Shown here: piece by piece, positions 26,276 through 36,239 of the stretch
How positions within the stretch are numbered: the first letter of the stretch is position 1
How the letters are laid out: every line of letters begins with the position of its first letter
NCBI GenBank assembly: GCA_963523555.1
Contig: CAURDG010000001.1
Location: 1-48,350, forward strand
Length of the DNA stretch: 48,350 nucleotides
Direction of reading: 5' to 3'
Source: an uncultured Cardiobacterium sp.
GTDB lineage: Bacteria > Pseudomonadota > Gammaproteobacteria > Cardiobacteriales > Cardiobacteriaceae
Made by a program: the position numbers and the translations under genes
Notes under the pieces: generated by a model
The model's database searches: none
The model's input: only the letters and a program-made list of their open reading frames with translations
Told to the model about the DNA's origin: nothing

Positions 26276-27739
26276 ATGTTCAACCGCTTTTTCAAGAAAG
26301 ACGCCCCCAAAACCCGCCGCGTTGTGGTCAAGGCCGGGGCGCAGTACGTTGACCCGACCTTTTCCCTGACCGTCGCTGATGTCGATACTGTCCTCCAACG
26401 TGCCAACCTGACCCGCAGTGACCTGCAAAAACTGCTCTACGACGACGAAATCTACGGTGCTTGTGAGCGGCGCATTTCGGGCGTCCTCGGCAATCCGTGG
26501 CGTCTGGAAGGGGACAATACCCCGTGGCTGTACGACGCCGTCAGCAACATCTTCGAGGCGGCGCTACGCATCATCATGCAGGCGAAGTGGCTGGGCGCAA
26601 GCGTGGGCGAGCTCATTTGGGCAGCGGATGCAGACGGCATCATGCGGGTGCAAAGTATCGCCCCGCGCAAAATCGAACGCTTTGTGCAGCGTGACGCCGG
26701 GCTGATGTTCAAGGAGCAGGGCGGGACAGAAATCCTCACCCTGCCGGAAAAAGTGCTGTACAGCGGCGTCAACGTCCACAAGGACAACCCCTACGGGGAT
26801 GCCCTGCTCTCGCGCGTCTATTGGGCATGGTTCAACAAAAACTACGGCGAACAGTTTTGGTCGCGCTACGCCGAACGCCACGCCTCGCCGCTGACCGTCA
26901 TCAAGAGCATGGTCAACACCGCCAACCCTGACGATGCGCGGCAGGAACTCGCCGCACTGGCAGCGGCAGCGGCAAATGCCGTGGCCGATGGCACCGTCGC
27001 CATCAGCGACCAGGACAGTATTGAATTTGTCGAGGCCACCAACGACGGTGCGGCCCATCAAAAATTTGTGACCCATCAAATACGCCGTATCCAGAAAACA
27101 TTAATCGGGCGCGTCCTCACCTCGGAACTGGACAGCGGCAGCCGTGCGGCGCAGGAAACCGACGACGGCTTTACGCAAAACCTGCTGGAAAGCGACCTGA
27201 CCTTCTGCGAAGCGGGCATCAACCACATCGTGGACTGCCTGCTCACCGTGAACGGTCTTGATCCGGAAGGCGTGTATTTTGCCTTCGAGCGCAAAAAGGG
27301 CATCGACAAAAGCCGCTGGGAGCGCGATGTGGCGCTCATTAACAGCGGCGCCATCACCTTCACGGCGCAATACTACCTTGATAACTACGGCCTCGAAGCA
27401 CAGCACTTTACCGTGAACACCGTAGAGAGACCGGTAGCATCACAAATGTCCCTTGCCCTGCCTGCTGGCGATGTTTGCTGCGCTGCCGGACACCTCACCC
27501 CCGGCGCGCAAGAGGTTGAGGATGGCATCCAGCGCGCGCTTGCCACCCTGCCTGCCAGTATCGATGCGGATGCCATCGCACAGACCATCAACGCAGCGAG
27601 TGATGAAGCCGACCTGATGCGCCGCCTCGCCCTGCTCTACGACGACAACGACCCATCGCACTACGCCGTCTGGCTGGAGCAGGCCATGGTGCTGGCGATG
27701 GCGCAAGGCTACTACCAGGCAGCCAAGGACATCGTATGA
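26276..27739 (+). CDS. Portal protein (Mu gp29 / DUF935-like)
   Basis: NPYGDALLSRVYW.W, ERHASP, LIGRVLTS...GSRA. Confidence 0.85.
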   Translation: MFNRFFKKDAPKTRRVVVKAGAQYVDPTFSLTVADVDTVLQRANLTRSDLQKLLYDDEIYGACERRISGVLGNPWRLEGDNTPWLYDAVSNIFEAALRIIMQAKWLGASVGELIWAADADGIMRVQSIAPRKIERFVQRDAGLMFKEQGGTEILTLPEKVLYSGVNVHKDNPYGDALLSRVYWAWFNKNYGEQFWSRYAERHASPLTVIKSMVNTANPDDARQELAALAAAAANAVADGTVAISDQDSIEFVEATNDGAAHQKFVTHQIRRIQKTLIGRVLTSELDSGSRAAQETDDGFTQNLLESDLTFCEAGINHIVDCLLTVNGLDPEGVYFAFERKKGIDKSRWERDVALINSGAITFTAQYYLDNYGLEAQHFTVNTVERPVASQMSLALPAGDVCCAAGHLTPGAQEVEDGIQRALATLPASIDADAIAQTINAASDEADLMRRLALLYDDNDPSHYAVWLEQAMVLAMAQGYYQAAKDIV

Positions 27740-29013
27740 ACCCCCTGCAAGCCCGTTACCCGGAAGCGTTTGAATACCTGCGCGCGCGGGGTGTCGAGCC
27801 GTCCGCCGACTTCTACGACCGCGTTGAAGCGGCGCGCAGACAGGCATGGACGATGAGCAAACTGAGCGACCTCGACCATATCCAGCGCATCAAGGACTCG
27901 CTGGAAAAAGCCATCGCCGAAGGCATGAGCTTCGACAACTGGCGCAAGGAAAATCTCGCTGACCTGCAAGGCCTGCCGAAGAGCTATCAAGAAACCGTCT
28001 TCCGCACGGCGGTGCAGAGCAGCTACAACGCCGGACGCTGGGCACACTTCCGCGATCACGCCGAGCGCCGCCCCATCCTGCGCTATACCGCCATAAACGA
28101 CCGCCGCACCCGCCCGGCACACCGTGCCTTGCACGGACTGATGATGCCGGTGGATGACCCGCGCTGGCAGACACTGGCGCCGCCAGGGGGGTTCAACTGC
28201 CGCTGCACCCTGATGAGCCTGTCGGAACGGCAGGCGAAAGGCATGGGCTACACCGGCGCGCCGCAGGACATCCCGACCTGGACGGACAAACACGGCGTCG
28301 AACACACCGCCGCCCCGGACAAAGGCTGGAACCACTCACCCGAACACGACCTGACCGACCTCTTGCGCGAGCGGGAACAGCGGCTGAACATGAACGCGGC
28401 AGTGTATGACAGCGGGGATGCCCCGCTGAGTCCTGAACCGTGGCATCCGCCGCTGCCGACAGCTGGCAATGCCTTCGAGGAGGCGCGTTATGACGTTGTT
28501 ACGCGAGGACAGCAAGACGGGCTAGAGCATGGCCGCGTGGTTGATGCAAACGGACAGGTTATAGATACACGGCAAGGTAAAGAACAGGCTATCAGCTATC
28601 AGGATATTATTAACCTGCTGCCGGGAACTACCCTGTATCACAACCATCCAAGCAACATGGGATTAAGCATGGCAGATATTGAATTTGCCGGGCAGGCTGG
28701 TTTGGCATCAGTTGTTGCCTTTGGGACAACACAGGAGGCGGCGTATAGCGTCAGTATCCTGTCCGGTTGGAGCGAGATGTATGCCGCAATCTACGATGCT
28801 AAGAAAATAGTCCGCCAGAAAGTATCCAGGTTGTTTCTGAGTGGTAAAATAAACGAGGGAGAAGCAGCCGCTATGTACGCGCATATCATGGCGTTGCGGC
28901 TTTCAGACCAAGGGTTGATTACATATAAAATAGCCCCTGCAAGTAAAGAAATGGCAGACCTGATAAATCGTTATGCTGCTGAAATTGAACAATGGCGCAA
29001 GGAGACTAAATAA
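27736..29013 (+). CDS. MuF minor head protein with C-terminal JAB/MPN-like extension
   Basis: D.RTRPAH, PPGGFNCRC MuF motifs; C-terminal EHG...HNHPS...LS.AD. Confidence 0.8.
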   Translation: MNPLQARYPEAFEYLRARGVEPSADFYDRVEAARRQAWTMSKLSDLDHIQRIKDSLEKAIAEGMSFDNWRKENLADLQGLPKSYQETVFRTAVQSSYNAGRWAHFRDHAERRPILRYTAINDRRTRPAHRALHGLMMPVDDPRWQTLAPPGGFNCRCTLMSLSERQAKGMGYTGAPQDIPTWTDKHGVEHTAAPDKGWNHSPEHDLTDLLREREQRLNMNAAVYDSGDAPLSPEPWHPPLPTAGNAFEEARYDVVTRGQQDGLEHGRVVDANGQVIDTRQGKEQAISYQDIINLLPGTTLYHNHPSNMGLSMADIEFAGQAGLASVVAFGTTQEAAYSVSILSGWSEMYAAIYDAKKIVRQKVSRLFLSGKINEGEAAAMYAHIMALRLSDQGLITYKIAPASKEMADLINRYAAEIEQWRKETK

Positions 29014-29183
29014 TGCCCATTCTGCATGACCTGAGCTGTTTTAGCCCGCCAGAAAAGTTGCGGGCATTGCTGGAAGAACTGCGCGCAATCAAAGAACCAT
29101 CCCCTCTCTTGGAACAGACTATCCGGAGTGTCGAAGATGACCTCGCCTTTTCCGAAAGCCTCTACGGTAAGACCGCCGCCTGA
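29013..29183 (+). CDS. Small 56-aa protein coupled to MuF, possible immunity partner
   Basis: TAATG overlap, AAGGAG SD; MPILHDLSCFSPPEKLRALLEELRAIKE... Confidence 0.55.
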   Translation: MPILHDLSCFSPPEKLRALLEELRAIKEPSPLLEQTIRSVEDDLAFSESLYGKTAA

Positions 29184-29304
29184 AATGCCCCCATCCCCCA
29201 GCCCCTGCAAACGCAGGGGCTTTTTAATGGGCAAAACAAAACCCCGTGAAGTTTGCCGCTTCACGGGGTTTTTCATTCAACCCTTGATGCAGAAGGAAAG
29301 AACG

Positions 29305-29496
29305 TTGCCAAAGTATAGCAAGACACGGGTGGAGATACACCCGAAGGAAGGAATGAAAGTGGAAACCTACGCAAGCCCGTTCATGCGGGTATGTATCGGC
29401 ATTGCCCTGCTGATAGTTGCGCTCGGCTTTGCCCTGTCGCTAACCGCGCCATTCGTGCAGGCCATCGGCCAGTTGCTGATGGTGCTTTCCGGATGA
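29305..29496 (+). CDS. Small membrane peptide, paralogue of 16638-16799
   Basis: TRVEIHPKEGMKVETYASPFMRVCIGIALLIV. Confidence 0.55.
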   Translation: MPKYSKTRVEIHPKEGMKVETYASPFMRVCIGIALLIVALGFALSLTAPFVQAIGQLLMVLSG

Positions 29497-29507
29497 CGGG
29501 GCGCCGC

Positions 29508-29536
29508 TTGCAAACGCAGGGGCTTTTTCGTATGCT
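29508..29536 (+). promoter_or_regulatory. Promoter of the C4/antirepressor unit
   Basis: TTGCAA-17 bp-TATGCT. Confidence 0.65.
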
Positions 29537-29649
29537 GGATTTGCACCCGAAAAGAACGGGTGTCGGGTTTGGCGACCTGAACTGCTCAACGGCGCACCCG
29601 CGCCCCGTCCGTACACAGGCGCATTTTTTATGCCCGAAACGGACGTATC

Positions 29650-29735
29650 AGTTATGGCGGTGTGCGTGGGGAACTCTACGGAGTTGCCGGGTTCCGTTGA
29701 CCTCGGTTCGCCAACCCCGCGTGCATCGTCGCCCG
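29650..29735 (+). ncRNA. C4 / P4-CI-like antisense RNA, boundaries approximate
   Basis: Loops CCGTTGA(29694) and TCGCCAA(29708) are complementary to TTGGCGA/TCAACGG sites upstream (29569, 29586) and downstream (29739, 29774 at the antirepressor RBS). Confidence 0.8.
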
Positions 29736-29788
29736 ATTTTGGCGAATCCTGCGACGATGCTTTTTCAACATTGTCAACGGAGATAGCC

Positions 29789-30667
29789 ATGACACAATCC
29801 GCCCAAGTTGCCTCAGCAACAACCTTCACCTTCCATAACATCACAATTTCTGCCTTCGAGCGTGACGGCTTGCTTTGGCTGGAAGCCAATCAAGTATGCA
29901 AAGCGCTGGAATACGCAAACCCACGCACTGCCCTTGCCAATCACGTTGACGAGGGGGATGTCCTGAAACAGGACACCCCTACCGAGAGCGGTATTCAAAC
30001 TAAAAACTTCGTTAACGAAAGTGGACTGTACGCCCTGATATTCGGCAGCAAAAAAGAAAGCGCCAAAACCTTCAAGCGCTGGGTCACATCCGAAGTCCTG
30101 CCCACCATCCGCAAAACTGGCAAATATGAAAGCGTCCCCCGCCTCTCGACCGTCGCTGACCGGGTACCGCTGAAAGACGCGGTGAACCTGTTGGTGGCAC
30201 GGGCGGGCATCAGTTACAGCGACGTCTACCGCATGGTGCATCAGCGCTTTGCGGTGGACAGCGTGGAAGAACTGACCCTCGAGCAACTGCCGCAGTCGGT
30301 AGAGTACGTCCACAAACTGGTGCTGAGTGGCGAGTTGCTGCCGCGTGAAGAAACACCGCAGGAAGATATCCGCAGCCATCAGGTCTGCGCTATTGCCCTG
30401 ATGCACGTCGGGCGGCTACGCTTTGAGGAGCAGAAAAAAGCACTCTTGCGCCTGCGCGACCTCACGGCACAGGCGCATGAAAGGCTGAAAGTGACGCTTG
30501 CCGAAACCCGCGCCACCCTCGACCTGACCAACGACATTTTGTACGGCAGCGGTGCGATTTGGGACGGCCTGCACGAAGCACTGTTTCACCTGCACCTGCC
30601 CGTTGACGTGATGAAAGAAGGACGGCAACGCGCCGAAACAAATTACAGTCCGCGCATCCCTGCGTGA
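29789..30667 (+). CDS. BRO-N antirepressor
   Basis: VNESGLYALIFGS...AKTFKRWVTSEVLPTIRKTGKY. Confidence 0.9.
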   Translation: MTQSAQVASATTFTFHNITISAFERDGLLWLEANQVCKALEYANPRTALANHVDEGDVLKQDTPTESGIQTKNFVNESGLYALIFGSKKESAKTFKRWVTSEVLPTIRKTGKYESVPRLSTVADRVPLKDAVNLLVARAGISYSDVYRMVHQRFAVDSVEELTLEQLPQSVEYVHKLVLSGELLPREETPQEDIRSHQVCAIALMHVGRLRFEEQKKALLRLRDLTAQAHERLKVTLAETRATLDLTNDILYGSGAIWDGLHEALFHLHLPVDVMKEGRQRAETNYSPRIPA

Positions 30668-30712
30668 ACCACAGCCCGCCCCGCGCGGGCTTTTTCATAT
30701 CCGGAGCCCATC

Positions 30713-30931
30713 ATGAAAAAAGACCTTGCCCACTACATCCTCAATACCCTGATCGCTGCCGGGATGGAGCCCGTACGCCTGGATGCTTACCCACAGAAAG
30801 AAGTCCAGCGCACATGGCGCCGTCTTGTCCGCGCGGGATTGGTTGCCGGGGTGCGCCGGTATGGGTGCTATCGCGGCGTCCTGACCTGGGCAGGACATGA
30901 ATACCACGCCAACGAAGGCTGGGACTTCTGA
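30713..30931 (+). CDS. Small winged-helix-like protein (DUF2513-like motif)
   Basis: LTWAGHEY motif; GGAG SD. Confidence 0.4.
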   Translation: MKKDLAHYILNTLIAAGMEPVRLDAYPQKEVQRTWRRLVRAGLVAGVRRYGCYRGVLTWAGHEYHANEGWDF

Positions 30932-31049
30932 CCCGCAAGCGCAATTTTGCACCAGGAAACGAAACAAAAACTTACACCCCGCTTGATGCGGGGTTTTTTA
31001 TTGGGCGCGGCAACCGCGCCTTGAACCAAGTCCGACAGGAGGACAACAC

Positions 31050-31577
31050 ATGGCAACACTCACCTTCCAAGACAGAACCCTGCACGTCATTGACCGCAAC
31101 GGCGACAAATGGCTGACGGTAAACGACATTGCGGCAGCGTTGTACCCAACAAACCAAAGGGGGTCTCAATTTGAGACCCCCTTTGTCAGTCGGGTGCGGA
31201 TGCTCTACAAGCGCAACGCCGAAGAGTTCAGCGACAGCATGACAGCACTGGTTGACATCGAAACCGAAGGCGGCGTGCAAAAAATCCGCGTATTCAGCCT
31301 GCGTGGTGCGCACCTGCTGGGGATGCTGGCGCGAACGAAGAAAGCCAAAGAATTCCGCCGCTGGGTGCTGGACATCATCGAGCGCCACCGCGACGATGCA
31401 GGCATCCTCACCACCGAATACCATCAGGCGCTTGCCTCTCTTGCACTCGCACAAGAGACCGCCAGCCTGCACGGGCGCGGTCTCAACCTGTGGCGGCAGC
31501 GAAAACCAAGCCTGCGCGAGCGGGTGCAGGCGCTACTCGCCAGGATGCAACCCGATATGTTCATTTCCGCCCGCTAA
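31050..31577 (+). CDS. Second antirepressor-like protein (BRO-related)
   Basis: RVFSLRGAHLLGMLART.KAKEFRRWVLD. Confidence 0.8.
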   Translation: MATLTFQDRTLHVIDRNGDKWLTVNDIAAALYPTNQRGSQFETPFVSRVRMLYKRNAEEFSDSMTALVDIETEGGVQKIRVFSLRGAHLLGMLARTKKAKEFRRWVLDIIERHRDDAGILTTEYHQALASLALAQETASLHGRGLNLWRQRKPSLRERVQALLARMQPDMFISAR

Positions 31578-31603
31578 TGCGGGCATTTTTATCGGAATAA
31601 CAC

Positions 31604-34600
31604 ATGGCAGATAACCGTTTGGACGTTGGCCTGCTGATACACGCAGGCGTAGAGGGATTGGACCAGCTTGACCGCGTCATCGGCGAGCTGGATCAGACCG
31701 GGGAAAGCACGGAACAACTGCGCACGGAAGCCGCGCGCCTGCGCCAGCAGTGGGACAACCTCAGCCCGGACGAGCAGGCCGCCGCCCTGGAACGCCTGGG
31801 GCGCGCGACCAACGACGCCACGCAGCGCGTTCGCGAAGTCAGGGAAGAACTGGATGACCTCAGCAAAGCCAAAATCACCCTCGGTCTCGACAATGACGAA
31901 AAAATCAAGCAGCAAATAGAAGAAGTCAATGCCGCTTTCCGCCTGTTGCAAGAGCAGGGTGGCCTTACCCACGAAGAGCTGATGCGCGCCGCCGATCACC
32001 ACCGCGCCCGCCTGCAGGAACTTGAAGCGGAACTGAGCAGAATCGGCCCGGAACTGGACGACCTCAGCAAAGCCAAAATCACCCTCGGCATCGACAATGA
32101 CGACAATGTACGCAAGCAGATAGAAGAAGTTACCGAAGCCTACAAGCTGCTGCGTGAAGAAGGCAACCTCTCGCACGAAGAACTGGTACGCGCGACGGAA
32201 GCGCACCGCGCCCGTGTTGAAGAGCTGGAAGCCCAACTGGGACGGGTGCGCCCCAGTCTGGAAGACATCGCCGCCGGTGTCGGCAAAATGGTCGGAGCCT
32301 TTGCCGGGCTGACCAGCATCGCCAAGGACGCCATGGAATTTGAAACGGCAATGGCGGGCGTGAAAAAAGTGGTGGACGGGACACCAGAACAAATGGCATC
32401 CCTTGCCGGGCAGGTAAAAAACCTCGCCTACGAGCTGGGCATGGTGCCGGAAGCAGTGGCCGAAATTGCCGCCCAGGGCGGACAGCTCGGTGTCGCCTTT
32501 GCCGACCTGCCCGAATTTACCCGCCTTGCCGGACAAATGTCGGTCGCCTTTGGCATGACTGCCGGGCAGGCAGCGGAAGCAGCAGCGAAAATCAGCAACG
32601 TCTTCGGCATCAGCCTCGCCGAAATGCGCCAGTTGGGCGACGCCATCAACGTGCTGGGTAACAACACTGCCGCCAAAGAAGCGGAAATCAGCGAGGCACT
32701 GCTACGTATCGGCGGCACCGCCAAACAGTTTGGTCTTGCCGCCGAACAGGCTGCAGCGCTTGCGGACGCCTTTATCGCCCTGGGCAAATCGCCGGAAGTC
32801 GCCGGGACGGCCATCAATGCCCTGCTCACCAAGCTGCAAACCGCTCCGGCACAGGGCAAAGAATTTCAGGATGCGCTGAAGTCTATCGGCATGGAAGCCA
32901 AGCAGCTTGCCAAAGATATCCACGACAACCCCGAACAGGCGCTGCTCAGTTTCCTGGGCAAACTGGAAACCCTCGACAAACAGCAGCGCGCCATTGTCCT
33001 CACCAAGCTCTTTGGCGCCGAATATGCCGACGATATCTCGCTGGCGGCGGGCAGCCTCGACACCCTGCGCCAGGCCTTCGGTCTTGTCGCCGACAAAACC
33101 GAGACCGCCGGTGCCATGCAAAAAGAATTTGAAGCGGCAATGAGCACGACCGGCGCGAAAGTCGAGCAAGCCAAAATCGCCATCGGCAACATCGCCAAGA
33201 CCCTGGGCGCACAACTGCTGCCGATTATCGGTGCCGTCGCCGACGGCATCGGCGGCGCAGCGAACGCCATCAACGACTTTGCCGAGCGTTACCCGCTGAT
33301 TACCGAATTTGCCACCTACATGGCCGGTGCCAAACTTGCCGCTGTCGGCCTCGAAGGCGCGATGGACGTGCTGGGCGTGTCGATGGAAGACATGACCACC
33401 TACGCCGTGAACGGTTTTGGCCGCTTCAAAGAGGCCGTTTCCAGCGGTGCGGGCGCGCTTGGCGGCCTCAAAGCCGTGCTGGCGGGGATGGGGCAGTTAT
33501 GGGTCACCGCCGGGCTTACCGCCGCTGTCGCCCTCTACGAGGCACTAAAAAGCAACGTGGATGAAGTCAACAAGGCGCAACACAAAGCCATGCAGACTTG
33601 GGCGGACGCAGGCATCGCCCAGCAGCAGCTCAATATGGCCCTTGCCGCCGGCTCGGATGTGCTCGGTGACTACGTGCAAAAGCAGCAAGCGGTGCTGAAA
33701 GCCGAACTCGCCGCCATCGACCAGCGCATTGCCAGCTACAAGGCGCAGCAGAAAGCAGCGGAAGAGCGTTTTTTTACCGACGAAAAAACCGTTGCAGCGG
33801 CGAAAAAAGCCATCGCTGCCGAAGAAGAGCGACGCACGTCTATTCAGCAAACTGTGGACGCCACGCAAAAGCTGATCGACAAGGCCAAAGCAGAAGCAGA
33901 GGCTACAGAAAAAGCGGCGCGAGCAAAAGAACTGTCAGCGCAAGGGTGGGACAAGCTGACCTCGCGAATGGATGCCGCCAGCCGCAAAATGCAGGAAATC
34001 CCGGAGAACAGCCAACGTGTCATTGAGGGATTAGACGACATCATTAAAAGCGGCAATCAGAGCGCTGCGGCGCTGGAACTTGCTTTCCGGCAGGCAATTG
34101 ACCGGGTGGAAACCGTTGAAGCATTGCAAGAGGTGCAGGATAAACTGACTGACCTCTCGCGTAGCGGGCTGGACGTCAAGGTGAATTTCGAGGCGCTCGC
34201 CGATGCCATGAAAGCACGTGCGCAAGAACTGCCGAAACCGCTGGATGATGCAGCCTACGCTCTCAAAGCCCTGGGGCTAGAAGTAGAGCAAGTACAAAAC
34301 GGCATCAGCAAGGCTGCCACGCAAACGCTCAAGGACTTTGGTGAGGCCGCCGCACGCTTCGGCACGGATGCAGACAAAATGCGCACCATTTTCCAGGCGG
34401 CGCTAAAAAACATGCACAGTCCGGCGGAAGTTCAGGCACTTATTGAAGCGCTGCGCAAGGTAGGTGAACAGGCGGGCTTGACCAAAGCGGAAATTGAGGC
34501 CATCGCCCGCAGCGCCGGGGACGCGGCAAGCAAAACCGCGCAGGCATTCGCCAAAATCGGGGTGGACATCGCTGCCGTCAGCAGAGGCATCAGCAGCAGC

Positions 34601-35803
34601 GCGCGGCAGAGCTTTGATGGCTTTGTAGAGGCGGCCAAGGCGGCGAAAGAAGAAGGGGTGAATAGCGCCAAGCTCATCCGTGAGGCCTTTGACCACATCG
34701 CGACAGGCCTCAAAACCAAAGAGGAGTTTGCTGAATTTAACCGCACGCTGGCGCAGACCGGCGTAGCAGGGCAACTTGCCAGCGGACAAATGCAAATCCT
34801 GCGTGCCGGGATGCAGGGCGGCGCAGAGGCAGCAAATGCGATGCGCGAAGCAACGAAACAGAGCAACGAAGCCACCCGCGAGAGCGCCGAGGTATCGAAA
34901 GTGGCAGCGGACGCGAAAGAAAAAGAAGCCGAAGCGGAGCGCAAGGCGGCGGAAGCAGAAAAAGAGGCGCTGGACAAAAACAGCGAAGCGAAAGAGAAAA
35001 ACGCGGAAGCCACCGGCAAAGCGGCGAACCGTGGCCGCGCCCTCTACGATGCCAGCAAACTCAGCGCAGAGGGCATTGCCAACCTGGACGACGCGTTAAA
35101 CCGCATGAACGACAACGTGACCACGGGGACGCAGGGCTACTTTGATTTGGTGGTCAAACAGGCGCGGGCGGCGGACGAATACATCAAGGACACCGAAAAA
35201 GCGGTGGCCGCAACCGATAACCTCACCCAGAAAATCAGCGACGGCACCGTTTCCATGCAGGACATTGCCGAGGCCACCCATGCCGCCTCCAGCCGCATCG
35301 CGCAACTGGACAGTACCACCCTCAACAACCTGCACGCCGCTATCGACGAAGCGCGGCAAAAGCTCAAAGAGTTGGAAGAACAGGCGAGGGATAGCGCCGA
35401 CAGCCTGGAAGCCGAGCTGGCACAACTCCGGGGGGACAACAGCAAGACGGCGGCGCTGGAACAGGAACGCAAACTGCGCGAACTCAACGCCAAGCTGCAT
35501 GAGGCAGAACTGCGCAATAACGCCGAAGAGATTGCCCAATACCGCCGCGCCCTTGACCTGCAACAGCAAATCGGACGCGAAAAACAGCAGCAGGCAGCGG
35601 CGAAGAAAGCTGAAGAACAGCAGCGCCAGCAGGCGAGTAACAACAACGGACGCAGCAGCAACGGTAATACGGGCAGTAATGGACGCGGTTATACCGCTGC
35701 CGAAGTGGCGGATGCCTTTGACGCCCGGATAGCCAAGGCGCGGCGCGAAGGCCGGGATGACCTCGCCCGCGAACTGCACGACGAAATGAAACGGAGGACC
35801 TGA
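31604..35803 (+). CDS. Tail tape measure protein (TP901-type)
   Basis: 1399 aa Ala-rich helical; FETAMAGVKKVVD, LGDAINVLGNN motifs. Confidence 0.93.
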   Translation: MADNRLDVGLLIHAGVEGLDQLDRVIGELDQTGESTEQLRTEAARLRQQWDNLSPDEQAAALERLGRATNDATQRVREVREELDDLSKAKITLGLDNDEKIKQQIEEVNAAFRLLQEQGGLTHEELMRAADHHRARLQELEAELSRIGPELDDLSKAKITLGIDNDDNVRKQIEEVTEAYKLLREEGNLSHEELVRATEAHRARVEELEAQLGRVRPSLEDIAAGVGKMVGAFAGLTSIAKDAMEFETAMAGVKKVVDGTPEQMASLAGQVKNLAYELGMVPEAVAEIAAQGGQLGVAFADLPEFTRLAGQMSVAFGMTAGQAAEAAAKISNVFGISLAEMRQLGDAINVLGNNTAAKEAEISEALLRIGGTAKQFGLAAEQAAALADAFIALGKSPEVAGTAINALLTKLQTAPAQGKEFQDALKSIGMEAKQLAKDIHDNPEQALLSFLGKLETLDKQQRAIVLTKLFGAEYADDISLAAGSLDTLRQAFGLVADKTETAGAMQKEFEAAMSTTGAKVEQAKIAIGNIAKTLGAQLLPIIGAVADGIGGAANAINDFAERYPLITEFATYMAGAKLAAVGLEGAMDVLGVSMEDMTTYAVNGFGRFKEAVSSGAGALGGLKAVLAGMGQLWVTAGLTAAVALYEALKSNVDEVNKAQHKAMQTWADAGIAQQQLNMALAAGSDVLGDYVQKQQAVLKAELAAIDQRIASYKAQQKAAEERFFTDEKTVAAAKKAIAAEEERRTSIQQTVDATQKLIDKAKAEAEATEKAARAKELSAQGWDKLTSRMDAASRKMQEIPENSQRVIEGLDDIIKSGNQSAAALELAFRQAIDRVETVEALQEVQDKLTDLSRSGLDVKVNFEALADAMKARAQELPKPLDDAAYALKALGLEVEQVQNGISKAATQTLKDFGEAAARFGTDADKMRTIFQAALKNMHSPAEVQALIEALRKVGEQAGLTKAEIEAIARSAGDAASKTAQAFAKIGVDIAAVSRGISSSARQSFDGFVEAAKAAKEEGVNSAKLIREAFDHIATGLKTKEEFAEFNRTLAQTGVAGQLASGQMQILRAGMQGGAEAANAMREATKQSNEATRESAEVSKVAADAKEKEAEAERKAAEAEKEALDKNSEAKEKNAEATGKAANRGRALYDASKLSAEGIANLDDALNRMNDNVTTGTQGYFDLVVKQARAADEYIKDTEKAVAATDNLTQKISDGTVSMQDIAEATHAASSRIAQLDSTTLNNLHAAIDEARQKLKELEEQARDSADSLEAELAQLRGDNSKTAALEQERKLRELNAKLHEAELRNNAEEIAQYRRALDLQQQIGREKQQQAAAKKAEEQQRQQASNNNGRSSNGNTGSNGRGYTAAEVADAFDARIAKARREGRDDLARELHDEMKRRT

Positions 35804-36201
35804 TGCATTGGACACTCACCCGTAAAGACACATCCGCCCCCCTCGAACTGCCCGGCGACATGCGCTGGACGGACGAATTCGACTGGCAGGCGCTGGCGCA
35901 GAGCAACGTGCAATACAGCCTCGGTGGCGCCGCCATCATCCAGCAGGGGACGATGCTCGCTGGTCGGCCTATCACCCTCGGCGGCGAGTGGATATGGCTG
36001 CCCCGTGCCACGCTGCTCACGCTGGCTGCCTGGGCGGATGTGCCCGAACTGGAAATGACGCTGACCACCCCGGACGGGCGCAGCTACAACACCTGCTTTG
36101 CCCGTCCTGCACTGTCCAACACCACCCCCGTCAACTACGCCAGCCCCGAAGACGGCGCGGCGCAGTACGAAGCGGTGCAGGTTCATTTGCTGACGATATA
36201 A
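35803..36201 (+). CDS. Tail tip (distal-tail-like) protein
   Basis: LP.DM.W.DEFDW...SL.GA..IQ....AGRPITL; follows the tape measure gene. Confidence 0.65.
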   Translation: MHWTLTRKDTSAPLELPGDMRWTDEFDWQALAQSNVQYSLGGAAIIQQGTMLAGRPITLGGEWIWLPRATLLTLAAWADVPELEMTLTTPDGRSYNTCFARPALSNTTPVNYASPEDGAAQYEAVQVHLLTI

Positions 36202-36239
36202 ACCTTGTCAGCGGATACTGCACGGGACATACTGACGCC

